Origin: Wallemia ichthyophaga EXF-994
Taxonomy: Eukaryota > Fungi > Basidiomycota
Assembly: GCF_000400465.1 (NCBI RefSeq)
Contig: NW_008806274.1
Location: 360,244-392,243 of the forward strand
Direction of reading: 5' to 3'
DNA: 32,000 bases
The notes beneath the pieces are model-generated. The model worked only from the letters and a program-made list of their open reading frames with translations. It was not told where the DNA came from and did no database searches. Positions 1 through 11,167 of this stretch are shown here, in pieces. A program made the position numbers and the translations under genes. Positions within the stretch are counted from its first letter, which is position 1. Each line of letters begins with the position of its first letter.

Positions 1-2688
1 AGCGTGTCTAATTGTTCAAACAATCCTCCTATCGCCGTGCCTGGTCTCTTTCGTCCATCTGACGTCAACTTTGGTCTTTGTAGCTGCGTTCTTGGCGGTG
101 TTGGTTTTTGGTCCTCTTTGACACTCTCACTCTCATCTCCAGTCCCTCTTCTCGTCACTGGTATACTACTACTTGATGGATTATTCAACGTTGCCCACGC
201 TGCCTTATATAGATTGCCCCCATTAGCGAATGATGATGTTGTTGATATACCCAACTCCTTGTCGAGATACTTTGCTAGGGAAGTGGTATAATCTGACCTT
301 TGCGACAAGTATGGTCGAAGCATTGCTGGATCCAGCTTTGATAAATGCACGTCATCGCGCATATACGCCCTCAGCACTTCTGGTCTCACTATGAACAAGT
401 TACCCAACTGTCTCAGCATTTCGTACCTCGGCTTGAGTATCGCTTGATTGAAATTAGTTATCGTTTCTTGATAGAGTGCTATATCCTTAGTCAACATGAG
501 TCCACCTGTTGGATTCACTGAAAACTTTTTCAAATGATCCAGTAGCAACCCATGAAATGCTACTCCCAATTCTATCAAAAACTTATCCAAATTTGATCCT
601 GTCAATGAATCCATCGCATAATCTCGTGCCGATGACAATACTTGACAGCATAGCAAACAAGGTTCGGTATTGATTCTGGCAAACGATGTGTCATCGTCTT
701 TGGGTCTGAAATCGCCTTTGCGTTGTTTCTGTAGGCAGCTACCAAGGTAGTTTATCGTGACTGTGAGGAGCACCCGTTAAAGCTGTTTTTGATCAAGAGC
801 CATCTACTACTCACCATCCATTAACTTCTGCAGTATTGTATTCAGTTTCACTTCTAGTCGATTAATCGTATTATTTGCAAACACAGCCAACTCCCTTTTC
901 ATTCCAATCGCGCCGTTATTCGTTAGGGGTATGATAGTTGTTGCTGCATACCTTTGCCACAGCTGAGTAATTAAATCAGCAGGTGAACATATCTCCAAGC
1001 TTTCAAATGGTACATCATATTTGCTCGATTCAATCTTGTATATAGTGCTATCTATCGCTGTCTCAACATAAGATCCACCGATTGATTCCGCTAATGTTTG
1101 CAACAGCTTGAAAACATTCTTTGATAGATTGTTTGATAGCGTCAAGTCTATACATCTACCAACAGACTCTGCATTCCAGCGTAGCATCCTCTCTGCAACG
1201 TTTAATGATAATTTTCCATCGTTCTCGTCCAATTCCTTGTTGATTTCGTCGTTCTTCCCAGAAAGTTTTAACAAAGCAGCAGCAGATGATGAAGCAGTTG
1301 AGGTTTCGGACAATTGACTAACCACTCTATCTAAAACTGATGTTGATTTTAGTCCATGTGCGCTATTGTGGTATAATGTGAAGTTGGATAAAAATCCTGC
1401 GTATAATTCAGTTAAAGATTGACATTCAAGTGAGATATATCTTTCTCCTTCCATATACGGTACGAAGAGTTCATCGAGAGCCTGATCTAGCATCATAGAA
1501 ATTCCAGACGGACCAGCGAAAGTACCAGGTGCGACTAAAGCACTACCCATAGATTTTATTGAAGATGATAACGTGTCAAATTTTTTCAAATCATCGACTA
1601 AACCCGATATTGTCATTCTAGACAGGTGTAACATTCTCAAGAAGGCAAAGTTGGAAATAGCCCTAGAATGCTCTAGCAAGTCTTCAATTTTGGTTTGAAT
1701 TGATTGTGCAAACACTCTTTGCAAAAAAACTTGCATAACTACAGCAGGGTTTGGGAAGACAGCTTGTATGATTTGAGCTTCTTGTTCGACGGTGTTGCGT
1801 ATTTCGTTGACTAAGTCAGTCAAAGATGGTTCATTTGAAGGTGGTTGTACATCCGGATCACTTATCGAGGACCAGAGGTTAGAATCAAGATGATGTGATG
1901 GATCGGAGGAAGTCAGACCAATTTTATCCTTTGATATGAAGAAGTCATGTTGATTGACGTAAACTTGCATACAAGAAGCGCCACCATTGAAAGCTAAAAG
2001 AGTTTGAGCGCAGTGAGCCATCATTTTTGGATCACCCTTCCGATAAGACTTGTCGAACAACTTAAGCAAATCCTTTTCGAACTTTTCACAGTACTTTTCG
2101 ATAATATTTTGAGTACTCTTTGCATTAGGAGTGTCGACGACGGCAGAAACAGCACTCAAACGTCTTAATAGGAAAGCGCAAGACATTCTATTATCTTTAC
2201 CGGGAGACTTTCTGAGGGAGTCTAGCTTAGAGGAATCACCTCTGGAAAGGGCGGAGTAGTGTTGAATGAGATCCCTTGCAGCGAGAGCTCTTGAGCGGTC
2301 ATCAGAGAAGAGCTGCAATTGATCACCGATGTTAAGGGTGGTATTACCGACTTGAGAGATGGAGTTTTCCAAATCCAAGAAGGAGTTACCAACGGCTTCA
2401 AAGTTTAAAGTGAGTTCATGAGTGATTTGAGTGTGTTTGATCTCTGCATGTTTCACGGAGCGAATCAGCTTGTTTCGGGAGAGGTTGAGGTTGTGGTGGT
2501 AGCTATTCAGATCATCGAGATTAGATTGTATAGAATTCAAGTAATCATCCTTATTTAATTTATCCAAATTGAATTCATCACAGACGCTATCAATGAAATC
2601 TCTAATTTGAAATGATTTTGACTGAAATTTAGTTTGTTAGGAATTCCAAGTAGATCAAAATGTTCACACTAACATCAATTAAATTCAT
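1..2688 (-). CDS. SEC10: Exocyst subunit Sec10 (3' end runs off the window)
   Basis: Proposed exons 2688-2674, 2621-815 and 760-<1; introns 2673-2622 (GTTAGT..CTAAC..CAG) and 814-761 (GTGAGT..CAG). Sec10 motifs: FFISKDKI, IIQAVFPNP..VMQVFLQRVFAQSIQ, KQRKGDFRPKDDDTSFARINTEPC, KKFSVNPTGGLMLTKD. Confidence 0.93.
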
Positions 2689-2769
2689 TTATTTTCAAAT
2701 TTTAAAATTCCAAAATTCCCAAATTCGTTTGTGTTGGCTGTCGAGATTCAAGCGTGGACCACGACGACG

Positions 2770-3906
2770 ATGGACAATTACACTAGATTAGAGAAGGTGC
2801 GTGTATTCCCTTTCATCAATTCATGTCTCACGCGTTTCCCCCCAGGTCGGCGAAGGTAATTCATCCTTCCTCATACGCTTAGCACGTGACTCACTCTACC
2901 CAAGGCACTTACGGTGTCGTTTACAAAGCAAAGAACGTAAATGACGGTAGAATCGTCGCTTTGAAGAAAATCCGCTTGGAAGCCGAAGATGAGGGCGTTC
3001 CTTCGACAGCTATTCGCGAAATTTCACTTTTGAAAGAGCTCAGAGATGATAATATCGTTCGTTTATTTGATATTATTCACTCAGATGCAAAGCTCTACCT
3101 CGTTTTCGAATTCTTGGACTTGGATTTGAAGAAATACATGGATAATGTTGGCCAGAAGAAGGACGGCCTTGGCCCAGATATCGTCAAAAAGTTCACTTAC
3201 CAGTTGATTAAGGGGACTTATTTCTGTCACGCCCACAGAATCTTGCACAGAGACTTAAAGCCTCAAAACTTACTCATCGATAAGGAAGGTAACTTGAAAT
3301 TGGCCGATTTCGGTTTAGCAAGGGCTTTCGGTATCCCTCTGCGCACTTATACTCATGAAGTTGTCACCCTTTGGTATAGAGCTCCTGAGGTCTTGCTCGG
3401 TTCAAGACACTACTCTACTGCAATCGATATGTGGTCCGTTGGTTGCATTTTCGCTGAAATGGTCATGCGTCAACCTCTCTTTCCTGGTGATTCAGAGATT
3501 GATGAAATATTCAAGATATTTCGAGTTCTCGGTACCCCAAATGAAGAAATCTGGCCCGGTGTCAAATCTTTACCTGATTACAAAACTACTTTCCCACAAT
3601 GGTCACGTGTAGACCTTTACAAGGCAGTACCAGGCTTGGAACCTGAAGGTATTGACCTTCTCTCGGTGGGTCCTAATTGTTGACTTGGTTTAATTTACTG
3701 ACAACTCACCCCTACAGCAACTTCTTATTTACGACCCAGCACATAGATTATCAGCCAAGAGAGCTTTAAACCATCCTTACTTTGAATTTTCAAATGAGAC
3801 GGATATACCATCGATTACGGCATCTATAGCAGAAACAGCACAACAACGCGCTGCTCAAAAAGCTAAGACAGCCTCACAAGCATCTTTAGCAGCTGTCAAA
3901 GCGTAG
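2770..3906 (+). CDS. CDC28: Cyclin-dependent kinase Cdk1/Cdc2/Cdc28, about 328 aa
   Basis: Exons 2770-2796, 2846-2855, 2905-3665 and 3718-3906. Spliced N-terminus reads [21 protein letters not shown]. Has [34 protein letters not shown] and HPYF. Confidence 0.97.
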
Positions 3907-4077
3907 ACGCTACAACATTTTTCAACTATCTCTTTCCTTATCTGTGACTGTCATATATCTATCTCTATAACTCTATTTAACGATGACAATTATATAATTA
4001 TACAGCTTTTAATATACTTATCTGTCTTCTATCATGCATTTATAGTATTTTAACGTGAGTAGGGAGATGTTGTTTTG

Positions 4078-4905
4078 TTATTGGGTGGGTAGTGGTAGCT
4101 TAGGATTTTCACTGGTCTCGCTATCTTCCTGATCCCTTGATGCGTGCTTTCTAGCTGCTAACGTTCTAGCCAAACCATGTCGCTGACGTGATTCGTGTGC
4201 ATTTGATAGTGATCTATTTGCGTCGATGTTAGCCTTGAATTGCCATTCTTCCATAGCAGCTGAGTTGTTTGACCTGTTTAGACTACTCTTAATCATAGAA
4301 GTAGGTAAGAATGTGTGATATTCAACGAGAGTTACTATAGTTGACTGACGTCATGTTAGAAAGCACCCGACATGACTCATGCATGACTCAAGACTCACGA
4401 AGAAGATCAAACCAGCAATAAAAGCACCGTTAGATCCATAGACTGGCTGATGTTTCCCATTGGCTGGATGATGATACGTCGACCAATAGAAATCGCCATC
4501 CCAGCCACCCGAACGTTTTGAGTAGTGTGAGTTGTGAGAGTTGTTGAATTGTGATGAGCGTCTATGGGCATAGTTGTTCCTAACATATTCCATATCAGAT
4601 TGCCAGCGTGATTGGGCTGTATCGCCGAAAGAATCGCTGCTCCAACCTGATCCTGTGTTTATGAAACGCTGCTTCTTTTTTGTATCCGATAATAGCTCAT
4701 AAGCTTTAACGATAGATTGGAATTCCTTTGTACGCGTGTGGGTGTACTCATTGGATGCTTTATCAGGATGGTAAATACGCACCAACTCGTAGTACCTCGA
4801 TTTAATCTGATTAGGAGTTGCTGTCGTCGGCAAAGAGAATATTTCGAATGGAGTCGCTTTAGGGTTCTTTGGGAGTTGCAGATTTCTTATTTGAGATAAT
4901 TTCAT
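4078..4905 (-). CDS. J-domain (DnaJ class III) protein with one TM segment, Jid1-like, probably mitochondrial
   Basis: Exons 4905-4399 and 4344-4078; intron 4398-4345 (GTGAGT..CTAAC..CAG, phase 0). J-domain with HPD motif (RIYHPDK); hydrophobic segment AFIAGLIFFSTIVTLV spans the junction. About 257 aa. Confidence 0.8.
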
Positions 4906-4934
4906 CACATCACCGTGGTTGATCAAATACCGTC
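4906..4934. promoter_or_regulatory. 29-bp spacer between divergent start codons (J-protein / RAM1)
   Basis: ATG(-) at 4905 and ATG(+) at 4935. An in-frame stop just upstream prevents a simple N-terminal extension of the J-protein. Confidence 0.5.
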
Positions 4935-6471
4935 ATGGCTTTATACGATGACGGAGTGGAAACAGCAACGACAGCTTCACAGGTGAGTAGTTTCTGTGTT
5001 TACTGCTAGCACCCCTCAAAAACCTCCGCAGAGAGATGTAGAAATAACGCTGGAATTTGCTCTCAATCAAGACAAAGAACTTGACAGACTGGCACATGCA
5101 AAGTACCTCACAGAGTCACTTAGTGGTCTTCCAGCTTCTATGAAAGCACTTGACGCTTCCAGGCCTTGGATAATCTACTGGTCTTTACACAGTCTCCTCA
5201 CTCTCGGTATTTCTCTCGATCATGTTTCTAGATCGAGAGCTATTTCCACTCTTTCTAAATACCAAAATGCTTCTGGTGGCTTTGGCGGTGGTCGCGGTCA
5301 GATTAGTCACGTTCTCACCACTTACGCTTCTGTTATGAGTCTCGTTATCGCAGGCGGCCCTGGTGACGGCAATGGCTGGGATGCAATTGACAGGCGTGGA
5401 GTATACGACTTTTTGATGCGTGTTAAGCAGCAAGATGGCAGTTTTATCGTCCACGAAGGCGGTGAAGTTGATGTTCGGTGTGTTTTCTATGCTTTAGTTC
5501 GTTTATTTGGCTGACTTGCGTAGTGGCTGCTACTGCGCTTTAGCCGTTGCTACTATACTAGACATTCTAACACCGGAGCTACTACACAACGTCGAAAAAT
5601 TCGTTGCAAGGTGCGTTGTTATTCATGTAGCTAATGTGGCACAACAGCGCTGACATCGATACAGCTGCCAGACATTCGAAGGCGGTTTCTCTGCATGCAG
5701 TCAAGATGGTTTACAATTCGGCGAGGCTCATGGTGGCTATACAAGCTGTGCATTAAGCGCGTTGACTATGGTAGACTCAACACGCTCCTCAAAATTGAAC
5801 ACGACATTCGATCTAGACGGACTTATCAGATGGAGTGTTCATATGCAAGGACTAAAAACTGAACTGGGAGGGTTCAGAGGTCGCACGAACAAGCTCGTTG
5901 ACGGTTGTTATAGTTGGTGGCTGGGTGGATCGTTTAGTTTGTTCGAATACTGGCAGCTGGCTGTTGATTCAAAAGATGAAGATAATGAAGATGATGACTG
6001 GGTTGACGAGGAAGGCTGTTTGTATGACAGAGAGGCACTGCAGGGATATGTACTCAACGCTGCTCAGAATCCTAAGGGTGGTTTGCGGGACAAGCCTGGA
6101 AAGTGAGTAGTCTATTACTATGAACAGCCTCAGACTGACATACTCAAAGAAATTCAGATACCTATCACACAGCATACAATATCTCTGGACTGAGCGCATC
6201 ACAGCATTATATCAAATACGATGCAGACAGAGCTAGGCAAATGGCAGTTGACTTCAACGAGAATGCAGACAATATGATACCCACAGATAACCCTCAAGAG
6301 CGTTCAAGTATTCGGAGATTCGCCTACGCAAGTGCAATGGGATGGATGCCCGACAAAGCAGCCAAGAAAGTACGTGGAGGTGGATCAAACATAACGAATC
6401 CAACGCATCCGATATTTAATATATCAATATCAAAGACACTTGCTGTGTTAAAATATTTTTATAACCAGTAA
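4935..6471 (+). CDS. RAM1: Protein farnesyltransferase beta subunit, about 446 aa
   Basis: Exons 4935-4982, 5032-5477, 5524-5610, 5665-6102 and 6150-6471. Motifs LDASRPWIIYW, GGEVDVRGCYC, GEAHGGYT, GFRGRTNKLVDGCYSWW, GGLRDKPGK, DTYHTAY. Exon lengths sum to a multiple of 3. Confidence 0.95.
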
Positions 6472-6506
6472 TTTGAGACTAATTGTTATCTTTGATAAGG
6501 ACTTTG

Positions 6507-7654
6507 ATGAGATTACCTCAGGAGTTGAAAAGCCTAGAACCATATCTAGCCAGAGCCAAAGAGCTTGTGAACGTTGAGCCTGCAATTTCATACTGGTGTG
6601 AGTGTACTGTGTATTACTAAAGGTACTACTGCTCACGCCCCTTGAGGCAAGTTCTACGTGTTGCAGAACGCATTGCAACAGAAACCAGGAAAGGAGGGGG
6701 AAATATTATTGCTGGAACTGATGACAGAGCTTGAAGAAGTGCGTGGGTTTGTATATAGGATGGTACATGCAGCTGACGTATCACTGAGACCAAAAAACAT
6801 CTCTCGCAGAATGAGGAATTGAAAGATTTAGTCACAGATGAGGATGCTGCTAATGCTTATATAGAGAACTTTGCATTGCGCGTTTTTATTAAGGCTGATG
6901 ACATGGATAGAGCAGGCACGGTTAACAAGTTAGTGGATTACTTGGATTACCGCTAGCAGCACTCTGACACGCATTTTATATTAGAATAGTAGCAAAGACT
7001 TTCCTCGCTTCAACTTATTTCCTATCGCTGCTCACTTTATTCAAGAATCCACCAGGTGATTTACAACAGAAGTTGAAGTATGCGCGCTTCAAGACGACAC
7101 AGTGAGTGACAGTTATAATTTAAACCGCTTCAGCTCCATAACACCCACACAGAATAATGAATGCAACCAAAATGCCACAGCGTGGTTCGCCAAGAGCCAG
7201 CACCTCCACTTCACCAAAATTAGAAACAACCGGTCTACCGCAGTCAACAGGAAGTGTACCACCACGCTTACCATCACCCAAATCAAGCTCACGACGTGGT
7301 TCGGTTTCAATACCCGCGGCGGGATCTTTACCGTCGCCTAAACAATCACCCCACACGTCTTTACATGGCTCACCAAGGTCACGCTCAGTTACAAGTTTAC
7401 CGCAAACCCAAAGCACACAAACAAATAGACAGAGTGTAGTTGGTACTAAGGAATTTGCTCAGCTGTCCTTGCAGGGAGATGAACCAACTGATGAGCAATC
7501 AAATGAGGTAGAGGCAGAGGTACCACAAATGAATCCAGGAATAGTAAGTAAAGCTCAGAAGCACGCTAGGTGGGCAATATCAGCATTGAATTATGAGGAT
7601 AAAGATACAGCAATGAATCAGTTACAATTAGCGTTGGATAGTCTGAAAGGATGA
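6507..7654 (+). CDS. VTA1: Vta1, Vps4 cofactor (MIT domains plus C-terminal VSL domain), about 313 aa
   Basis: Exons 6507-6597, 6647-6738, 6789-6928, 6985-7101 and 7153-7654. Motifs PYLARAKEL, SYWCKFY, AYIENFALRVFIKAD, KLKYARFK and C-terminal KAQKHARWAISALNYED. Confidence 0.9.
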
Positions 7655-7671
7655 TGTAGATGGGATTAGGA

Positions 7672-8555
7672 CTATGGGGGAAGATCACCTCCCAAACTTA
7701 GGTAAACGGATTCCCTTAAACCGTTCCAGACGGATTTCTTGATCCTGTTAGTCTCTGATATGATAGATCTAAGTTCATTCATACGTTCAATGTATTCGCG
7801 ACTGTCAGATAAAGCGTCATGGAGGGATTCAATGTGTCTTTGGGTCTGAAGCTTTTGCTGATCGACAGAAAGGTGAATGTCTTGGATATGATTATCGTTG
7901 TTAGTGGGTAAATCAACACCAGTATCTGAGATAAAGAGGTTATTTATGCGGGTTGAAGAGTTTGGAGAGTCGTATAAGTTAGAAAGGGCTCGATTTATAG
8001 ATTTAGTAACCTCCTTTTCATTTTCGACGACGTTTGCAGCAGATGATTCAAATTTTGAGAGTTTCGGACAGGAAATGGAATCTTTGATGTGATTTGATTG
8101 AACAGCGTCAAGGAGCTTTTGAGGTTGAGGAATGATACTTGAAGAGGAAGGCTGGTCGATATCGATGGAGACAGCATCGCTATCACTATCATCACTATCA
8201 AACTCGAGTTCAATATCGTCAGGGATAAAGCGAGACAGACGCTTCTTAATCTGATCTCTATGTAACCTATCGAGCTCTAAAGAACGAGAATTGGGATTCC
8301 ATTTAGATATTTTACCTTTCCTGGAGAGGTTACTGGTGAGTGAAAGTTTTCTACCGCGGTTCCCAATAGAGTTCGAAGGTATATGCTGATTATCTGCAAC
8401 TTGATTTCTGAGTATCACCGAGCAAGTGGATGGACCTGTAGAGTACCATTGAGGATGGTCATTCGAAGGGAGAGAGCTGGATGGAATTAACTTTATTTTT
8501 TATTTCGATTTAACTCCTACAGAAGAGATTGCACCGAAGTTAGTTGCTGGACCAT
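7672..8555 (-). CDS. Probable Rxt2-like subunit of the Rpd3L histone deacetylase complex, about 279 aa
   Basis: Exons 8555-8521 and 8476-7672; 44-nt intron GTAGGA..TTAAT..CAG with matching phase 2. GNRGRKL resembles the Rxt2 SNRGNKL motif. SREYIERMNELRSIISETNRIKKSVWNGLRE resembles the yeast Rxt2 C-terminal helix as I recall it. No alignment was run. Confidence 0.55.
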
Positions 8556-8590
8556 GGATGTTAATATTCAACGGTTATCATCACACTTCC

Positions 8591-10131
8591 ATGAGCTCAA
8601 ATATTAGAATCAATTTACAGTCGAGGATAGCGGAATTGGATTGTTAGTCCAGGATTTTTTACTTTTATTCTCGCTTAATATTATAGCTGTGTTATCCCAG
8701 GCAGCAACGAAACAAGGGCAGCAGCAGCCACAGCAGCAACAACAACACAAACCCTCCCTCTCCTACTCCCACACATCCTCTTCTCATCGTTTCAACCACA
8801 AACCTCGCCCTCCACGCCACATGAATATGTCCCTCACTAACACTAACACAAACCCCGCAGATCCCTCTCAACCCCCCTCCTGGATCTCTAGGAAATCTGC
8901 AAACATGTCTCTAGTCTCCTCCAATTCCCTTGAAAAGTCTAAGTCCTTATATGCTACAAAGCAATCTCAAAAAGCTGCAAAGAAAGCTGGTAAAAGGTCG
9001 AAACTCGCGAAAACATCCAAACAACATCAATCCATCACAAAGGACGGTCGTAGACATATCATCATCGACAACGTTCCTTTCCAATTCGACGATTCCGGTG
9101 CTAAACTTGTCAAAGTCAATAAAGACGATTTGCTTTCTTTCGACGACGATCCTTCACACAACCCTCGTGAAAATCTCGTTGAAACCGCTAGCAATACCCC
9201 TAAGAAAATGACCATCGACGGCACTAACTATGTTAGAACAAAATCAGGCAACTTAGTTAGGGATGTGTTCGCAAAGAGACGCTCCGATGATTTAATCAAA
9301 GCAAAGCAACAAAGGCTTGATAAAATGACTAGTATGCTTGGCACCGTACAGAAATCCCGTAATCTCGCTACACTCAATCGCAAACCTCCACACAAAAAAG
9401 AGAGCTTGTCAGAGGAACAGAAGTTGTCTTTCGGTAGAAAAAGATGTCCTACTTTCACAAAGTCTGGAAGATGCTCCAAAGTTCTACATTGTCCATATCT
9501 TCACGATAGCGCAAAGACTTCAGTATGTCCTCACTTTCTGAGGAAGAGATGCAGGAACAGTGATAGTACATGTCCGCTATCTCATAGTCCATCTCCACAC
9601 AACATGCCTCATTGTTCTCACTTTGAATCACCTAATGGATGTAGAGCAGGTGATAAGTGCATCTTCTCTCATGTCCACCTCAGTAAAGACGCACCTGTCT
9701 GTCGTGATTTTGCTGTATTAGGGTATTGCGATAAAGGTGCAGACTGCGACAATAGACATGTTCGCGAATGTCCTGATTACTCAGAAAATGGTGACTGCAA
9801 GAACCCTTCATGCAAACTGCCTCACATACTCAAATCTGAAGCTAATAAGGCTGGTGATATTGAAGAAAGCTATTCAGCCAAGCGTAAAGAGGTGAATGCT
9901 GGTGCTGATGATGATACTGAACAAAGGACATCAGATCATGATGCACCAAGGAAAAAATTCAAGAGAAGAAAATCCAGTACTGATCACCTTACTCAGCAAT
10001 CTGACTTTGTTACTTTTGATGATAGCGAGGTAGGTTCCTCAGTTTCTTCAGGCGATAGTGACGATAGTGATCAAGAGTCTGTTAACTCGGATGATTTTGA
10101 TCTCAATAATGAGTCAATCCCACTGTATTAG
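8591..10131 (+). CDS. Five-CCCH zinc-finger protein, ZC3H3/Red5-like, about 498 aa
   Basis: Exons 8591-8642 and 8687-10131 (44-nt intron GTTAGT..TAG). Five tandem CCCH fingers from CPTFTKSGRC..CPYLH to CPDYSENGDC..CKLPH, an upstream YVRTKSGNLVR motif and an acidic tail. Confidence 0.85.
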
Positions 10132-10188
10132 TTGTTATGTATAAATTCATACAGTACGTGCGTTTTAGCCGTTAGTATGCGTTGATCA

Positions 10189-10442
10189 CTAAGATTGTAC
10201 ACACAAACCACGTATATCGATATCCCAGTCATCTCGACTATCTATCCGGTTGTTTGTTGCTTCTTGTGCTTTTAGTTTCACTGATTCATTAGGCCATTCC
10301 TCGCCTTCGTTGTCCTACCGCTAAGTCACAAATGCTTTGTAATGGATGAACAAAGGATGTTAATACACGCACTCAATAAATTGCCGAGCGCTCGGAAGTG
10401 TTTCTTTTCTTATTTCTCCCGTTGCACCCAGATACTCCCAAA
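10189..10442 (-). other. Possible exons of an unresolved or decayed gene
   Basis: Two protein-like frames (WEYLGATGEIRKETLPSARQFIE and DNEGEEWPNESVKLKAQEATNNRIDSRDDWDIDIRGLCVQS*) are separated by an intron-sized GT..AG block. I could not build a coherent 5' part. Confidence 0.25.
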
Positions 10443-11162
10443 CTGGGATTTGTCTTTATATATCTGATGACTTCAGGATGTGTTTATGGATCGACAGGGC
10501 ACTTTAAATACGTTCCCTGTAGCACTGTCAAAGGATTGAAGCAGTATAAAGCACTACATTGAGTTAAAGCTGCTCAAGCCACCCTGCAAATGGTCCAATA
10601 AAGATTAGACGAACGCAAGGATACCATTTACTGATGATACTTTGTACAATTTAGTAAAATTGTCGTTTTTATAGCATTTTCAGTATCTCAAATACATTCT
10701 CATATTACCCCTCGGCTCAATATCGACAGAGTTGAATTTCTTGACTATCACCTATCTCATCTCCAATGATGCTTTACGAGTTTTGATGATCTCGAAAGGA
10801 AAGCTCCATAAGTGCCCTGATTGAGCTCTACAAATGTCGCGAGAATAACGTTATTACTGAGCCTCCACTTGCGCCCTGTAGGCTGTTCGGAAGTTGTAAT
10901 TCGACTTCGCTCCGGAGCACGCTATGGGAAATATACGGTGGATCGACGAGCTTCACTGATGGAAGCAAGTCTTTCTAACTTATTAAAACCACAAGCACTC
11001 AGATAAATAATTACTATATTTCTCAAGTTTGCAGTAGTTACAGTGCTACATCGAATACGTCATTGAGAACGCCATTCTTTTGTGTTAAGCTGTACAACGG
11101 AGGAATACAGTTGAATCAAAGCCAAACTACTAAAACTTAATCATAGGATTCTGTTTTCGAAC

Positions 11163-11167
11163 AAAAA
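11163..11167 (-). terminator. RNA polymerase III T5 terminator of tRNA-Phe
   Basis: TTTTT on the minus strand immediately after the discriminator base. Confidence 0.8.

Noticed and set aside
4-291. 95-aa plus-strand ORF and most other short ORFs in the track (e.g. 1108-1317, 5185-5454, 16016-16357, 29548-29916, 30177-30527)
   Set aside because: They are antisense or alternative-frame shadows of well-supported genes, with no recognisable motifs.
2830-2835. MCB element ACGCGT in CDK1 intron 1, and CACGTGAC in intron 2
   Set aside because: Several such 6-mers are expected by chance in 32 kb (another ACGCGT lies at 4732-4737 in a CDS). The intron-2 motif overlaps the likely branch point.
8554-8607. 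17-aa upstream ORF overlapping the CCCH gene start
   Set aside because: Its ATG overlaps the opposite-strand start codon of the Rxt2-like gene (CCATGG) and probably lies upstream of the TSS. No independent support.
10384-10395. 12-bp palindrome CCGAGCGCTCGG (Zn2Cys6-like site)
   Set aside because: Several perfect 12-bp palindromes are expected by chance in a window this size.
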